The notes below the pieces were generated by a model that searched no databases, was not told where the DNA came from, and saw only the letters and a list, made by a program, of their open reading frames with translations. This document shows, in pieces, positions 30,001 through 40,960 of a DNA stretch of 64,000 nt. The translations under genes and the position numbers were made by a program. The stretch spans positions 294,996,001 through 295,060,000 of the forward strand of contig OZ024740.1 of assembly GCA_964016885.1 (NCBI GenBank). The letters are read 5' to 3'. The stretch is from Eledone cirrhosa. Its lineage: Eukaryota. Each line of letters starts with the position of its first letter. Within the stretch, counting starts at the first letter, position 1.

Positions 30001-33000
30001 CTGTCACTTCTCTCACTCTGTCACATCTCCACCTCTGTCACTTCTTTCACTCTGTCACATCTCCACCTCTCTCACATCTCTCACTCTGACACATCTCCAC
30101 CCCTGTCACATCACTCCACTCTGTTACATCTCAACCTCTGTCACATCTCCACTTCTGTCACATCTCCACCTCTGTCACTTCTCTCACTCTGTCATATCTC
30201 CATCTCTGTCACTTCTCTCACTCTGTCACATCTCTCACTCTGTCACATCTCCACCTCTGTCACATCTCCACCTCTGTCACTTCTCTCACTCTGTCACATC
30301 TCCACCTCTGTCACATATCTCACTCTGTCACATCTCCATCTTTGTCACTTCTCTCACTCTGTCACATCTCCACCTCTGTCACTTCTCTCACTCTGTCATA
30401 TCTCCCCCTCTGCCACTTCTCTCACTCTGTCACATCTCCACCACTGTCACTTCCCTCACTCTGTGACATCTCCATCTCTGCCACTTCTCTCACTCTGTCA
30501 CATCTCCATCTCTGTCACTTCTCTCACTCTGTCATATCTCCACCTCTGCCACTTCTCTCACTCTGTCATATCTCCACCTCTGCCACTTCTCTCACTCTGT
30601 CACATCTCCATCTCTGCCACTTCTCTCACGCTGTTACATCTCCATCTCTGTCACTTCACTCACTCTGTCACATCTCCACCTCTGTCACATCTCCATCTCT
30701 GTCACTTCTCCATCTCTGCCACTTCTCTCACTCTGTCAGATTTCCACCTCTGTCACTTCTCTCACTCTGTCACATCTCCACCTCTGTCACTTCTCTCACT
30801 CTGTCACATCTCCACCTCTGTCACATCTCTCAATCTGTCACATCTCCACCCCTGTCACATCACTCTACTCTGTCACATCTCCACCTCTGTCACATCTCCA
30901 CTTCTGTCACATCTCCACCTCTGTCACTCCTCTCACTCTGTCACATCTCCACCTCTGTCACATCTCCACCCCTGTCACATCTCCACCTCTGTCACTTCTC
31001 TCACTCTGTCATATCTCCATCTCTGTCACTTCTCTCACTCTGTCACATCTCTCACTCTGTCACATCTCAACCTCTGTCACTTCTCTCACTCTGTAACATC
31101 TCCACCTCTGTCACATCTCCATCTCTGTCACTTCTCTCACTCTGTCACATCGCCACCTCTGTCACTTCTCTCACTCTGTCACGTCTCCACCTCTGTCACT
31201 TCTCTCATTCTGTTACATCTCCACCTCTGTCACATCTCCACCTCTGTCACTTCTCTCACCCTGTCACATCTCCATCTCTGTCACTTCTCTCACTCTGTCA
31301 TATCTCCACCTCTGCCACTTCTCTCACTCTGTCACATCTCCACCTCTGTCACTTCCCTCACTCTGTCACATCTCCATCTCTGCCACTTCTCTCACTCTGT
31401 CACATCTCCACCTCTGTCACATCTCCATCTCTGCCACTTCTCTCACTCTGTTACATCTCCATCTCTGTCACTTCTCTCACTCTGTCACATCTCCACCTCT
31501 GTCACATTTCCATCTCTGTCACTTCTCCATCTCTGCCACTTCTCTCACTCTGTCTGATCTCCACCTCTGTCACTTCTCTCACTCTGTCACATCTCCACCT
31601 CTGTCACTTCTCTCACTCTGTCACATCTCCACCTCTCTCACATCTCTCACTCTGACACATCTCCACTCCTGTCACTTCACTCCACTCTGTCACATCTCAA
31701 CCTCTGTCACATCTCCACTTCTGTCACATCTCCACCTCTGTCACTTCTCTCACTCTGTCATATCTCCATCTCTGTCACTTCTCCCACTCTGTCACATCTC
31801 CACCTCTGTCACATCTCCACCTCTGTCACTTCTCTCACTCTGTCACATCTCCACCTCTGTCACATCTCCATCTCTGCCACTTCTCTCACTCTGTCACATC
31901 TCCACCTCTGTCACTTCTCTCACTCTGTCACATCTCCACCTCTCTCACATCTCTCACTCTGACACATCTCCACTCCTGTCACATCACTCCACTCTGTCAC
32001 ATCTCCACCTCTGTCACATCTCCACTTCTGTCACATCTCCACCTCTGTCACTTCTCGCACTCTGTCATATCTCCATCTCTGTCACTTCTCTCACTCTGTC
32101 ACATCTCTCACTCTGTCACATCTCAACCTCTGTCACTTCTCTCACTCTGTAACATCTCCACCTCTGTCACATCTCCATCTCTGTCACTTCTCTCACTCTG
32201 TCACATCGCCACCTCTGTCACTTCTCTCACTCTGTCACATCTCCACCTCTGTCACTTCTCTCATTCTGTTACATCTCCACCTCTGTCACATCTCCACCTC
32301 TGTCACTTCTCTCACTCTGTCACATCTCCATCTCTGTCACTTCTCTCACTCTGTCATATCTCCACCTCTGCCACTTCTCTCACTCTGTCACATCTCCACC
32401 TCTGTCACTTCCCTCACTCTGTCACATCTCCATCTCTGTCACATCTCCATCTCTGCCACTTCTCTCACTCTGTTACATCTCCACCTCTGTCACATCTCCA
32501 TCTCTGCCACTTCTCTCACTCTGTTACATCTCCATCTCTGTCACTTCTCTCACTCTGTCACATCTCCACCTCTGTCACATTTCCATCTCTGTCACTTCTC
32601 CATCTCTGCCACTTCTCTCACTCTGTCAGATCTCCACCTCTGTCACTTCTCTCACTCTGTCACATCTCCACCTCTGTCACTTCTCTCACTCTGTCACATC
32701 TCCACCTCTCTCACATCTCTCACTCTGACATATCTCCACCCCTGTCACATCACTCCACTCTGTCACATCTCAACCTCTGTCACATCTCCACTTCTGTCAC
32801 ATCTCCACCTCTGTCACTTCTCTCACTCTGTCATATCTCCATCTCTGTCACTTCTCCCACTCTGTCACATCTCTCACTCTGTCACATCTCCACCTCTGTC
32901 ACATCTCCACCTCTGTCACTTCTCTCACTCTGTCACATCTCCACCTCTGTCACTTCTCTCACTCTGTCACATCTCCACCTCTCTCACATCTCTCACTCTG

Positions 33001-34720
33001 ACACATCTCCACCCCTGTCACATCACTCCACTCTGTCACATCTCAACCTCTGTCACATCTCCACTTCTGTCACATCTCCACCTCTGTCACTTCTCTCACT
33101 CTGTCATATCTCCATCTCTGTCACTTCTCCCACTCTGTCACATCTCTCACTCTGTCACATCTCCACCTCTGTCACTTCTCTCACTCTGTCACATCTCCAC
33201 CTCTGTCACATCTCCATCTCTGCCACTTCTCTCACTCTGTCACATCTCCACCTCTGTCACTTCTCTCACTCTGTCACATCTCCACCTCTGTCACTTCTCT
33301 CACTCTGTCACATCTCCACCTCTGTCACATATCCACTTCTGTCACTTCTCTCACTCTGTCACATCTCCATCTCTGTCACTTCTCTCACTCTGTCACATCT
33401 CCAGCTCTGCCACTTCTCTCACTCTGTCACATCTCCATCTTTGTCACTTCTCTCACTCTGTCACATCTCCACCTCTGTCACTTCTCTCACTCTGTCATAT
33501 CTCCCCCTCTGCCACTTCTCTCACTCTGTCACATCTCCACCTCTGTCACTTCCCTCACTCTGTGACATCTCCATCTCTGCCACTTCTCTCACTCTGTCAC
33601 ATCTCCATCTCTGTCACTTCTCTCACTCTGTCATATCTCCACCTCTGCCACTTCTCTCACTCTGTCATATCTCCACCTCTGCCACTTCTCTCACTCTGTC
33701 ACATCTCCATCTCTGCCACTTCTCTCACGCTGTTACATCTCCATCTCTGTCACTTCACTCACTCTGTCACATCTCCACCTCTGTCACATCTCCATCTCCG
33801 TCACTCCTCCATCTCTGCCACTTCTCTCACTCTGTCAGATCTCCACCTCTGTCACTTCTCTCACTCTGTCACATCTCCACCTCTGTCACTTCTCTCACAC
33901 TGTCACATCTCCACCTCTGTCACATCTCTCACTCTGTCACATCTCCACCCCTGTCACATCACTCTACTCTGTCACATCTCCACCTCTGTCACATCTCCAC
34001 TTCTGTCACATCTCCACCTCTGTCACTCCTCTCACTCTGTCATATCTCCATCTCTGTCACTTCTCTCACTCTGTCACATCTCTCACTCTGTCACATCTCA
34101 ACCTCTGTCACTTCTCTCACTCTGTCATATCTCCATCTCTGTCACTTCTCTCACTCTGTCACATCTCTCACTCTGTCACATCTTCACCCCTGCCACTTCT
34201 CTCACTCTGTCACATCTCTATCTTTGTCACTTCTCTCACTCTGTCACATCTCCACCTCTTTTACTTCTCTCACTCTGTCACATCTCCACCCCTGTCACAT
34301 CTCTCACTCTGTCACATCTCCACCTCTGTCACTTCTCTCACTCTGTCACATCTCCATCTCTGTCACTTCTCTCACTCTGTCACATCTCCACCCCTGTCAC
34401 ATCTCTCACTCTGTCACATCTCCATCTCTGCCACTTCTCTCACTCTGTCACATCTCCACCCCTGTCACTTCTCTCACTCTGTCACATCTCCATCTTTGTC
34501 ACTTCTCTCACTCTGTCACATCTCCATCTCTGCCACTTCTCTCACTCTGTCACATTTCCACCCCTGCCACTTCTCTCACTCTGTCACATCTCCACCCCTG
34601 TCACATCTCTCCCTCTGTCACTTCTCCACCTCTGTCACTTCTCTCACTCTGTCACATCTCCACCCCTGTCACATCTCTCACTCTGTCACATCTCCACCCC
34701 TGTCACTTCTCCATCTCTGC
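1..34720. repeat. 17-bp satellite array, about 2040 monomers, running off the left edge
   Basis: Constant head CTCTGTCAC (variant CTCTGCCAC) plus an 8-nt tail, mostly ATCTCCAC/ATCTCCAT (type A) or TTCTCTCA (type B); hybrid ATCTCTCA and a rare 18-bp monomer with tail ATCACTCCA/ATCACTCTA. Ends abruptly at ...ctctgc|caattatcc. Confidence 0.98.
6600..13700. repeat. 3129-bp higher-order repeat (183 x 17 + 1 x 18 bp), at least 2.3 copies; boundaries approximate
   Basis: The rare marker catgtccacctcggtcagttccc recurs with TGA ending at 6798, 9927 and 13056 (3129 apart); tgttaaatctg at about 8172 and 11301; cggctctc at 9537 and 12666. Confidence 0.9.
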
Positions 34721-34814
34721 CAATTATCCAGCTTGAATAAATTGAAGTGAATGTATTTTCTGTAATGTGACAACAATCAGTAACAGTTGTAGTTGTATAC
34801 GTTTTTTTTTCCAT

Positions 34815-35100
34815 TCGATACGTTCTCAGCCTCCAACTTAGTCGATTCGCCTCAGACCCCGGTACTGCGACACACAATGCGGAGGAAAAGAAGACAAACA
34901 AATGCTGGAGATTGTCCGACCGCTTCCTCTTCGCACCGGTCGCCGTCGAGACCTCAGGCGTACTTGGATACCGTACGGCCGACCTCCTCCGCAAGATCGG
35001 AACGTCGGCGGAGGAGGGAGCCCCGCGAGGTGAGGTGGCTGTTGCTGCAGGTGTCGCTGGCAATTGTCCGTGGAAAAGCTTTTGCGGTGTTGCTCACAGG
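34815..35100 (+). mobile_element. CRE-clade non-LTR retrotransposon, degenerate 3' (restriction-like endonuclease) fragment
   Basis: Frameshifted peptides DTFSASNL..., LSDRFLFAPVAVETSGVLG...LLRKIG and EPREVRWLLLQVSLAIVRGKAFAVL match the F-x-P-x-A-V-E-T-x-G ... S-L-A-I-x-R-G-N-A C-terminus typical of CRE elements. Confidence 0.75.
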
Positions 35101-35280
35101 GCGAAACTCCAACACCGCTGCGCCCCAGGCCTAGAGCCCATCACTCCTAATTTCAGATTGTTGACAGCCAAATGTAAAGGCTGTGAATTGTGTAACAAAG
35201 CTACAACTATCTTTGAAAGATAGAAGACATAATTACTATATGTCATACTGAAGTAACATACTAATATCTTCTTCGCCCAC

Positions 35281-35580
35281 TTATTCCTGGGGCAGAGTCT
35301 CCAAACATTCCTTCCAGTGGGTCCGATCAGAAGCACCTAACTCCAACTGATCCAGCTGGATCCCCAAGTGAGACCAGCCAAGCTCATAGATGTTATCCAA
35401 CCATCTTGCTCGGGGTCTACATTTGGGTCTGTTGCTGGCTGGTTTTATCCGTAAGATCTGTCCAGCGATTCTTTTCTGAGATATTCTAACCACATGCCTA
35501 TAGTATCGGAGCTGTGATCTCTCAATTTGGAGAAGTATCAGCTCTTCCTGGAGTGACTTTCTGGTCTATCGAGTAACGTT
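35281..35580 (-). mobile_element. RTE-type LINE 3' fragment
   Basis: ORF 35281-35493: RPKCRPRARWLDNI...ASDRTHW resembles the RTE ORF C-terminus (RPRGRPxxRWxD...DRxxW). Confidence 0.75.
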
Positions 35581-35636
35581 ACTCCAAAGACTAATAATTA
35601 TAAACTAAAAAAATGTGCCATTTGTCCTCTTTTGGA

Positions 35637-35820
35637 TTATTTTTGGTTGAATTCTCCAGAATTCCGTTCTTGTGGATAATTACTTGACAGAAGAAGCTTA
35701 TTAGCCTTATTTTGTAGCGTGGCAAATAAATCAATATTTGAATTTAATAGTGAGGTAAAGATTGTAAAACTCTGGACTAAGTGTTTTATTGTATTTAGCG
35801 TTATCTTCCATTGTTCCTAG
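35637..35820 (-). pseudogene. Candidate downstream exon of a secreted-protein gene (in-frame TAG at its start)
   Basis: Acceptor tttttatacatgatttcAG at 35822-35821. The phase-2 frame matching the upstream exon reads (R)*EQWKITLNTIKHLVQSF...SGEFNQK*, 59 open codons; possible internal donor CAA|gtaatt at 35684/35683. Confidence 0.35.
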
Positions 35821-35887
35821 CTGAAATCATGTATAAAAAGACTTCACTTCACGTCCTTCTTTGTCATAAGATATACCAAAATAATGA

Positions 35888-36102
35888 TTTCTATTTTAGG
35901 CACAAGGTCAGCAATTTGAAGGGGAGGGGAAAATCGATTAAATCGACCCCAGTGTATTACTGGTACTTCATTTTATTGATCCCGTAAGGATGAAAGGCAA
36001 AGCTAACCCCGGTGGGACGTAAAATCAGAACGTAAAGGGCAGTAACTCTCTCCCGCAAAACAGGATGTCCGATGCTCTTCCGTTACTGCCAATTCACCGC
36101 AC
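35888..36102 (-). mobile_element. tRNA-derived SINE, full length, 21-bp TSD
   Basis: Matches the other SINE copies; TSD taagatataccaaaataatga at 35867-35887 and 36103-36123. Confidence 0.9.
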
Positions 36103-36189
36103 TAAGATATACCAAAATAATGAATATTCATTTTTTCTTCTTTGCATTAAAACGTCAACAACATTAGAAGTAAATTCTGTAATACGTAC

Positions 36190-36290
36190 CGCTCTTTTAC
36201 CGATGATTTTCTTATAAAGCCACCTAACCCACCCGGAACAGCTATCAGTAGAACATTCAGGATTAGGAGAAGTGAAGTCATTTTCAAGCT
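36190..36290 (-). CDS. Candidate first coding exon encoding a signal peptide (MTSLLLILNVLLIAVPGGLGGFIRKSSVKER)
   Basis: Acceptor ttttaaactattttacAG, aaaATG at 36281-36279, hydrophobic core followed by small residues, donor GCG|GTACGT at 36190/36189. Confidence 0.5.
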
Positions 36291-36802
36291 CTGTAAAATA
36301 GTTTAAAATAAAGAAACACAATTTACTAGACAGCATTATTTTATTTAAACTAATGAAAGAAACGATTTATTGTCTGTCTCTCTCTCTCTATGGCGAAGGG
36401 TAACCTGGAAAGCAGGGCATGCAGTCCAATCGCCATGGCGGAAAGTGGGGCTGTGAAGCCTTACCCCCTCTCCCAATTCCCTCTAAATGACCCTCTCGGT
36501 CAAAGCCGCATGTAGTGTTATCTAGTGTGTGTGTGTGTGTTATCTTTTTATGTGTCTACGATTTAGTAAGCAGCCAAAATTCTGCTTGCTTCAACCGACG
36601 CAATTGATCAATTCAAGATTCTATAACGTATGCACTGCATACGTTGCATGCACGCACCCTTCGCCCCTGATATATATATATATATGCCTTTTATCCCTCT
36701 TGGGTTCAATAATAAAATGCTGAATGAGTCACACGCCTTTTCTACCAGGCATGTACTAGGGTTGATACATTCAACTATATCAACCCCAGCAAATGTATAG
36801 CT

Positions 36803-36925
36803 TGTACAAGGCCAGTGAATTCGAGGGAAGGGAAAAGTTGATTGTATCAACCCCAGTACTTGACTGGTACTTTATTTTATCGACCTCGATTGGCTGAAAG
36901 GGAAAGTTTACCTCGGCGGGATTTA
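36803..36925 (-). mobile_element. tRNA-derived SINE, 5'-truncated and diverged
   Basis: acaaggccag...ccccagtacttgactggtactttattttatcgacc...cctcggcgggattt is the reverse complement of the SINE core and tail. Confidence 0.85.
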
Positions 36926-36984
36926 TTTATATCCGATGCTCTACCAATTCTGATGGCTTGTACAAATGTTAGTAATCTCACAGC

Positions 36985-37205
36985 CTTAGCTGGCAGGAAT
37001 CGTTCGTGTGTTGAACATAATACATTGTGGTATATAGTTATGACCTTTTACGTTCTGAATTAAAATCTCACCGTGGTCAACTTCGTCTTTCGTCCTTCCG
37101 AGTCCAATAAAATATCACATCAACCAAGTATTGGGCCCGATATAATCAATAATAGCCCTTTCCCAGATTCGAGGCCTTGTGCTTATGTAAGAAATGAATA
37201 ATAAT
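36985..37205 (+). mobile_element. tRNA-derived SINE, old diverged copy
   Basis: tggcaggaatcgtt...ttttacgttctgaattaaaatc...ggtcaactt...ggccttgtgcttatgtaagaaatg. Confidence 0.75.
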
Positions 37206-37457
37206 CTGAATTTTTCATGGAGCATAAATCGGAAATTTTTTCTAGAGGAAGTGAAAAATTGCTAACTTTATGCCATTCTCTGGGGAGCATTAATGGCCCC
37301 TTTTGGTGAATTGCTTATTTGAGGTTTGGTCAGTTTTATTTGTATTTCTTCTTCAATACACTCATGCTCTTTCTCCCTTTCCCTCTCCCTTACTATATCT
37401 CCCTTTCGCCCTCCCTCTCGTCCTCTCCCGCTCGCCCTCCCTCTCTCTACCTCCCCC

Positions 37458-38070
37458 CCATAAAATGCAGGCATAACAGACCAGATATTGTGATATGGGA
37501 CAGGGAGAAGAAAGCATGCACAGTAGTAGAAATTAGCTGCCCAGCAGATGCCAATATAATATCAAAGATTAGCGAAAAGAAGAATATTTATGCAGAACTG
37601 AGGAGAAATCTGCAGATACTCCACCCGGATTACACCTTCAGATTTATGGCTGTGATTATTGGGGCACTGGGGTATGATAGTAACTGCCTCAATACAAATC
37701 TTGAGAAGCTAGGCTTCACAGGAACAGAAAGAACACAACTGGTTAGGAAATTACAAGTACAATCCATTAATGGAACAGTAAAAATATGTAAAACATTCCC
37801 AAAATGTTGCATCTAATAACTGCATATACACATGTACAGATACAAAGCATATACACATGCACACATACAACTCAAAACATCCACATCCACACATACAATA
37901 ACATCCATATCTACACATGCATGCAGACATGCATACATATCTACCTAGTTGATGTTGTGTAAATTCCAATGAGAGAGTCTTGTGTCTATGTTAGAAACCG
38001 ACTCTCCTCTCTATTGGGAAAAAATTTGTGAAATTATAAAACCAGAAGAACATACATACATACATACAGT
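37458..38070 (+). mobile_element. R4-like (RLE) non-LTR retrotransposon 3' end with CA-rich 3' UTR
   Basis: HNRPDIVIWDREKK..VVEISCP..EKKNIY..VIIGALG is a PD-(D/E)xK restriction-like endonuclease; closely parallels 40595-40955. The 3' boundary is uncertain. Confidence 0.85.
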
Positions 38071-40960
38071 CAACGTGACCTGTCGCCCATATTGGCGTGG
38101 GAGACTATTCATTAAATTGAAGATGAATACTATCACCGAGAGTAATGCCACAAATACCATCCGTGTTGAATAACTGGATATTCCTCTAATTATACTCATT
38201 CAAGATACCTTTTATTCAAATGATATCCGACTAAATGATTCAAATGATATCCGACTAAATACTAAATTATTTTCACAAGGATTTGCTACAAGCAGCATGA
38301 CTGAACACAACACCAACATCAACAACATTAGTGGAGAACCGAAGAAAAACAATGACGTGAAAGGTAAACAAAATTTCTTTAGTTGTAGCTGTAGCTACAG
38401 AAGGAACCACAATTATAAATAGTATTTTTCTTGGAGTTACGAACTTAATAACGATTTATTTAATTGTTATAAAATGGCAACAAAAATCCCTCTGTTGTCT
38501 ATATGAACAGAATGAAGCTATTCTGGGTCGAAATGCATCCAGAACTAATTCATTTCACATCCAAAACAATTACGCCAACAAACAACGTTTGTTGAACGTA
38601 AAAATAACATGAATATTTTAATTGTAAATCCCCCAGATAGAACATACAATCAATAACACATGCTACAGACCGCTATGTTGAAAACTCCAAGATAAGAAAA
38701 CACCAGGAAGAAACTTGATTGTCGGCTACTGGTACAGAAAACTGACATTCTATCGCATGTATCTTATCAACTTCTACAAGCAAGCTCTCAAGGGAGATGC
38801 ACATATACCAGAGTGGCTGACATTAGCACAAATAATATTGGTCCCACTTGGCAAAAAACTACCAAACCACTGCATGCCAGAACCTAATGTATAAAATGTA
38901 TGCAGTCTGCCTGAACCTATTTCTTTAAGATCATTGACGATAATAACATCATCACAGATAAGCAAGCAGCTGGGAAGAAAGGTGTTTGGGGTGTGCTGAA
39001 CAACTCCTAATTAACAAAACTGCGATGCCAGTGGTGCGGCAACACAGGAGGAATATAGTTACAGTCTGGCTGGACTACAGGAAAGCATTTGATTCTGTTC
39101 CCAACTCTTGGATGATAGAGGCACTCCGACTTGCTAAAGTCCCAGACACCATTATCAGAACCATAGAGAACCTATCTTCTTGGGTTTCTATCCTAGAGAA
39201 GGTGGACTCTATTTTCACTGATAAAATAGAATATCACGGGGGTATATTTCTCTGTACTACTGTTTATCCTGTTATTAAACCCTTTGTCCTTTCTGCTCAA
39301 GAAATGTGGAAGACGGAAATACGAACGTAACCCATAACGTCTTTGCGGATGACCCGAAACTCTAGCCAAGAACATAAATGGGATGATGAAAAACTTTGAC
39401 CTGGTTACGACGTTCTCGAAAGATATAATAATGAAGTTTGGCCAGGGTAAATGTTCATATATGATTATAAAGCGAAGAAAAACCACAAGCCAATCTAGCA
39501 ACATTTTTTATCAATGGCTTAACTGTTTCACCGATATCTGCTTCAGATATTTAGGGATAGAGGAGAATATATCCCATGATTGTATTTGTAACAAAGAATG
39601 CATAACCAGGGAATATTACATCCGATTAAGAAAAACATGGTCATCTGAAATATTTGTGCACAGATATTTCAGATGACCATATTGAGCCACTGATTGAGCC
39701 ACTGATGACCATATTGAGCCAATGACAGTTGCTCACAATGTGTTTATTGTGCCTGTCTTAACACCAGCATTTGGAATACTGGATTGGACGATAGATGAAA
39801 TCCGAGCTAGCGGAAACTTCCACATCAACGGTGACACAGATCGCTTCTGCCTGAAACATAAACAGGGAGGCAGTGGCTTAACGTCAGTTCGGACAAAATT
39901 TGAGTGTCGCATCACACCTCTCCGACCGACCACATCTACGAACTAACAAGCATAGGAACCCATCTATCGAGCAAGCCTGTCTACATGAGACACACAAGAT
40001 TATGAGAGCTAGGAGGGAGCTCCTTGAGAAATACTCCCTCCATGATGATAAAAACCAACAACTCACAATCAGGGAAATTGCCCAGCAATACCACAGTGAA
40101 TCAATGGATGAAAATCTGCAAGCTTTTAGCAAAAAATAATGCATGAATATGTTGCTAGGCGGCTCCAAAGTGAGAGTAATATAGATAAGCAAAGTAGTCT
40201 ATCTTAGACTAACAACCGCTATATTGGCTCCCACTTTGAAGGATACGCTTTTGCAATACAATAAAAGGAAATCAACACATAATACCTGATTCACAAAAGA
40301 GATAGGGATGCAAGCAAAACACCTAGATGTGACAAGTGCAGACTCTGCAGAATAAACATCGAAGATGTCACCCATGTCATAAGCAACCGCTCAAAGATGT
40401 TATCACGTTACTATCTACTTATGAGGTATGATGTAGTAACCAAAACACTGTACAATGCAATCCGTAGAAAATATAGCCCCGATACACATTAAAAAATATA
40501 GCCCCGATACACATTAAAAGCTACAGCAATGTGGAAGACATACATATACATAATATGAAAGAGTACAGGTGGAATGTTCCAGTCAAAACTTCAATAAAAT
40601 GCAAGCATAACAGACCAGATATATGGGCCAGGGAAAAGAAAACATACACAGTAGTGGAAGTTAGCTTCCCAGCAGATGCCAATATAACACTAAAGATTAA
40701 CAAAAAGGAGAACATCTATACAGAACTAATGATGAACCTGCAGATACTCCACCCTGACTATACCTTCAGATTTATGCCTGTGTCATTGGGGCTCTGGGAT
40801 ATGTTACTAACTGTCTCAGTACAAACCTTGAGAAGCTGGGCTTCACAGGACCAGAAGAACATGACTAATTAGGAAATTACAAGTACAATCCATTAATGGA
40901 ACTGTAAAAATATGTAAAACATTCCAAAAATTCTTCATGTAATAACTGCATATACATTGT
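38070..40960 (+). mobile_element. Degenerate, internally deleted R4-like non-LTR retrotransposon (RT, zinc knuckle, RLE)
   Basis: GCAEQLLINK and VWLDYRKAFDSVP (RT), RYLGIEE, CRLC..EDVTHVIS knuckle near 40340-40385, HNRPDIW...VVEVSFP; many stops and frameshifts. The 5' boundary is uncertain. Confidence 0.85.

Noticed and set aside
1-34720. CRISPR-like repeat/spacer array or telomeric repeat
   Set aside because: The variable parts are only a few 8-nt tails rather than unique spacers, no cas genes are present, and there is no TTAGGG-type unit.
262-34750. Many long His/Ser/Leu/Cys-rich ORFs, including 3617 aa at 5552-16405
   Set aside because: The 17-bp monomers contain no + strand stop in any frame, so all three frames give the same peptide. 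Starts are TTG/GTG. The longest ORF persists because the 3129-bp repeat is a multiple of 3. There is no signal peptide or codon-position bias.
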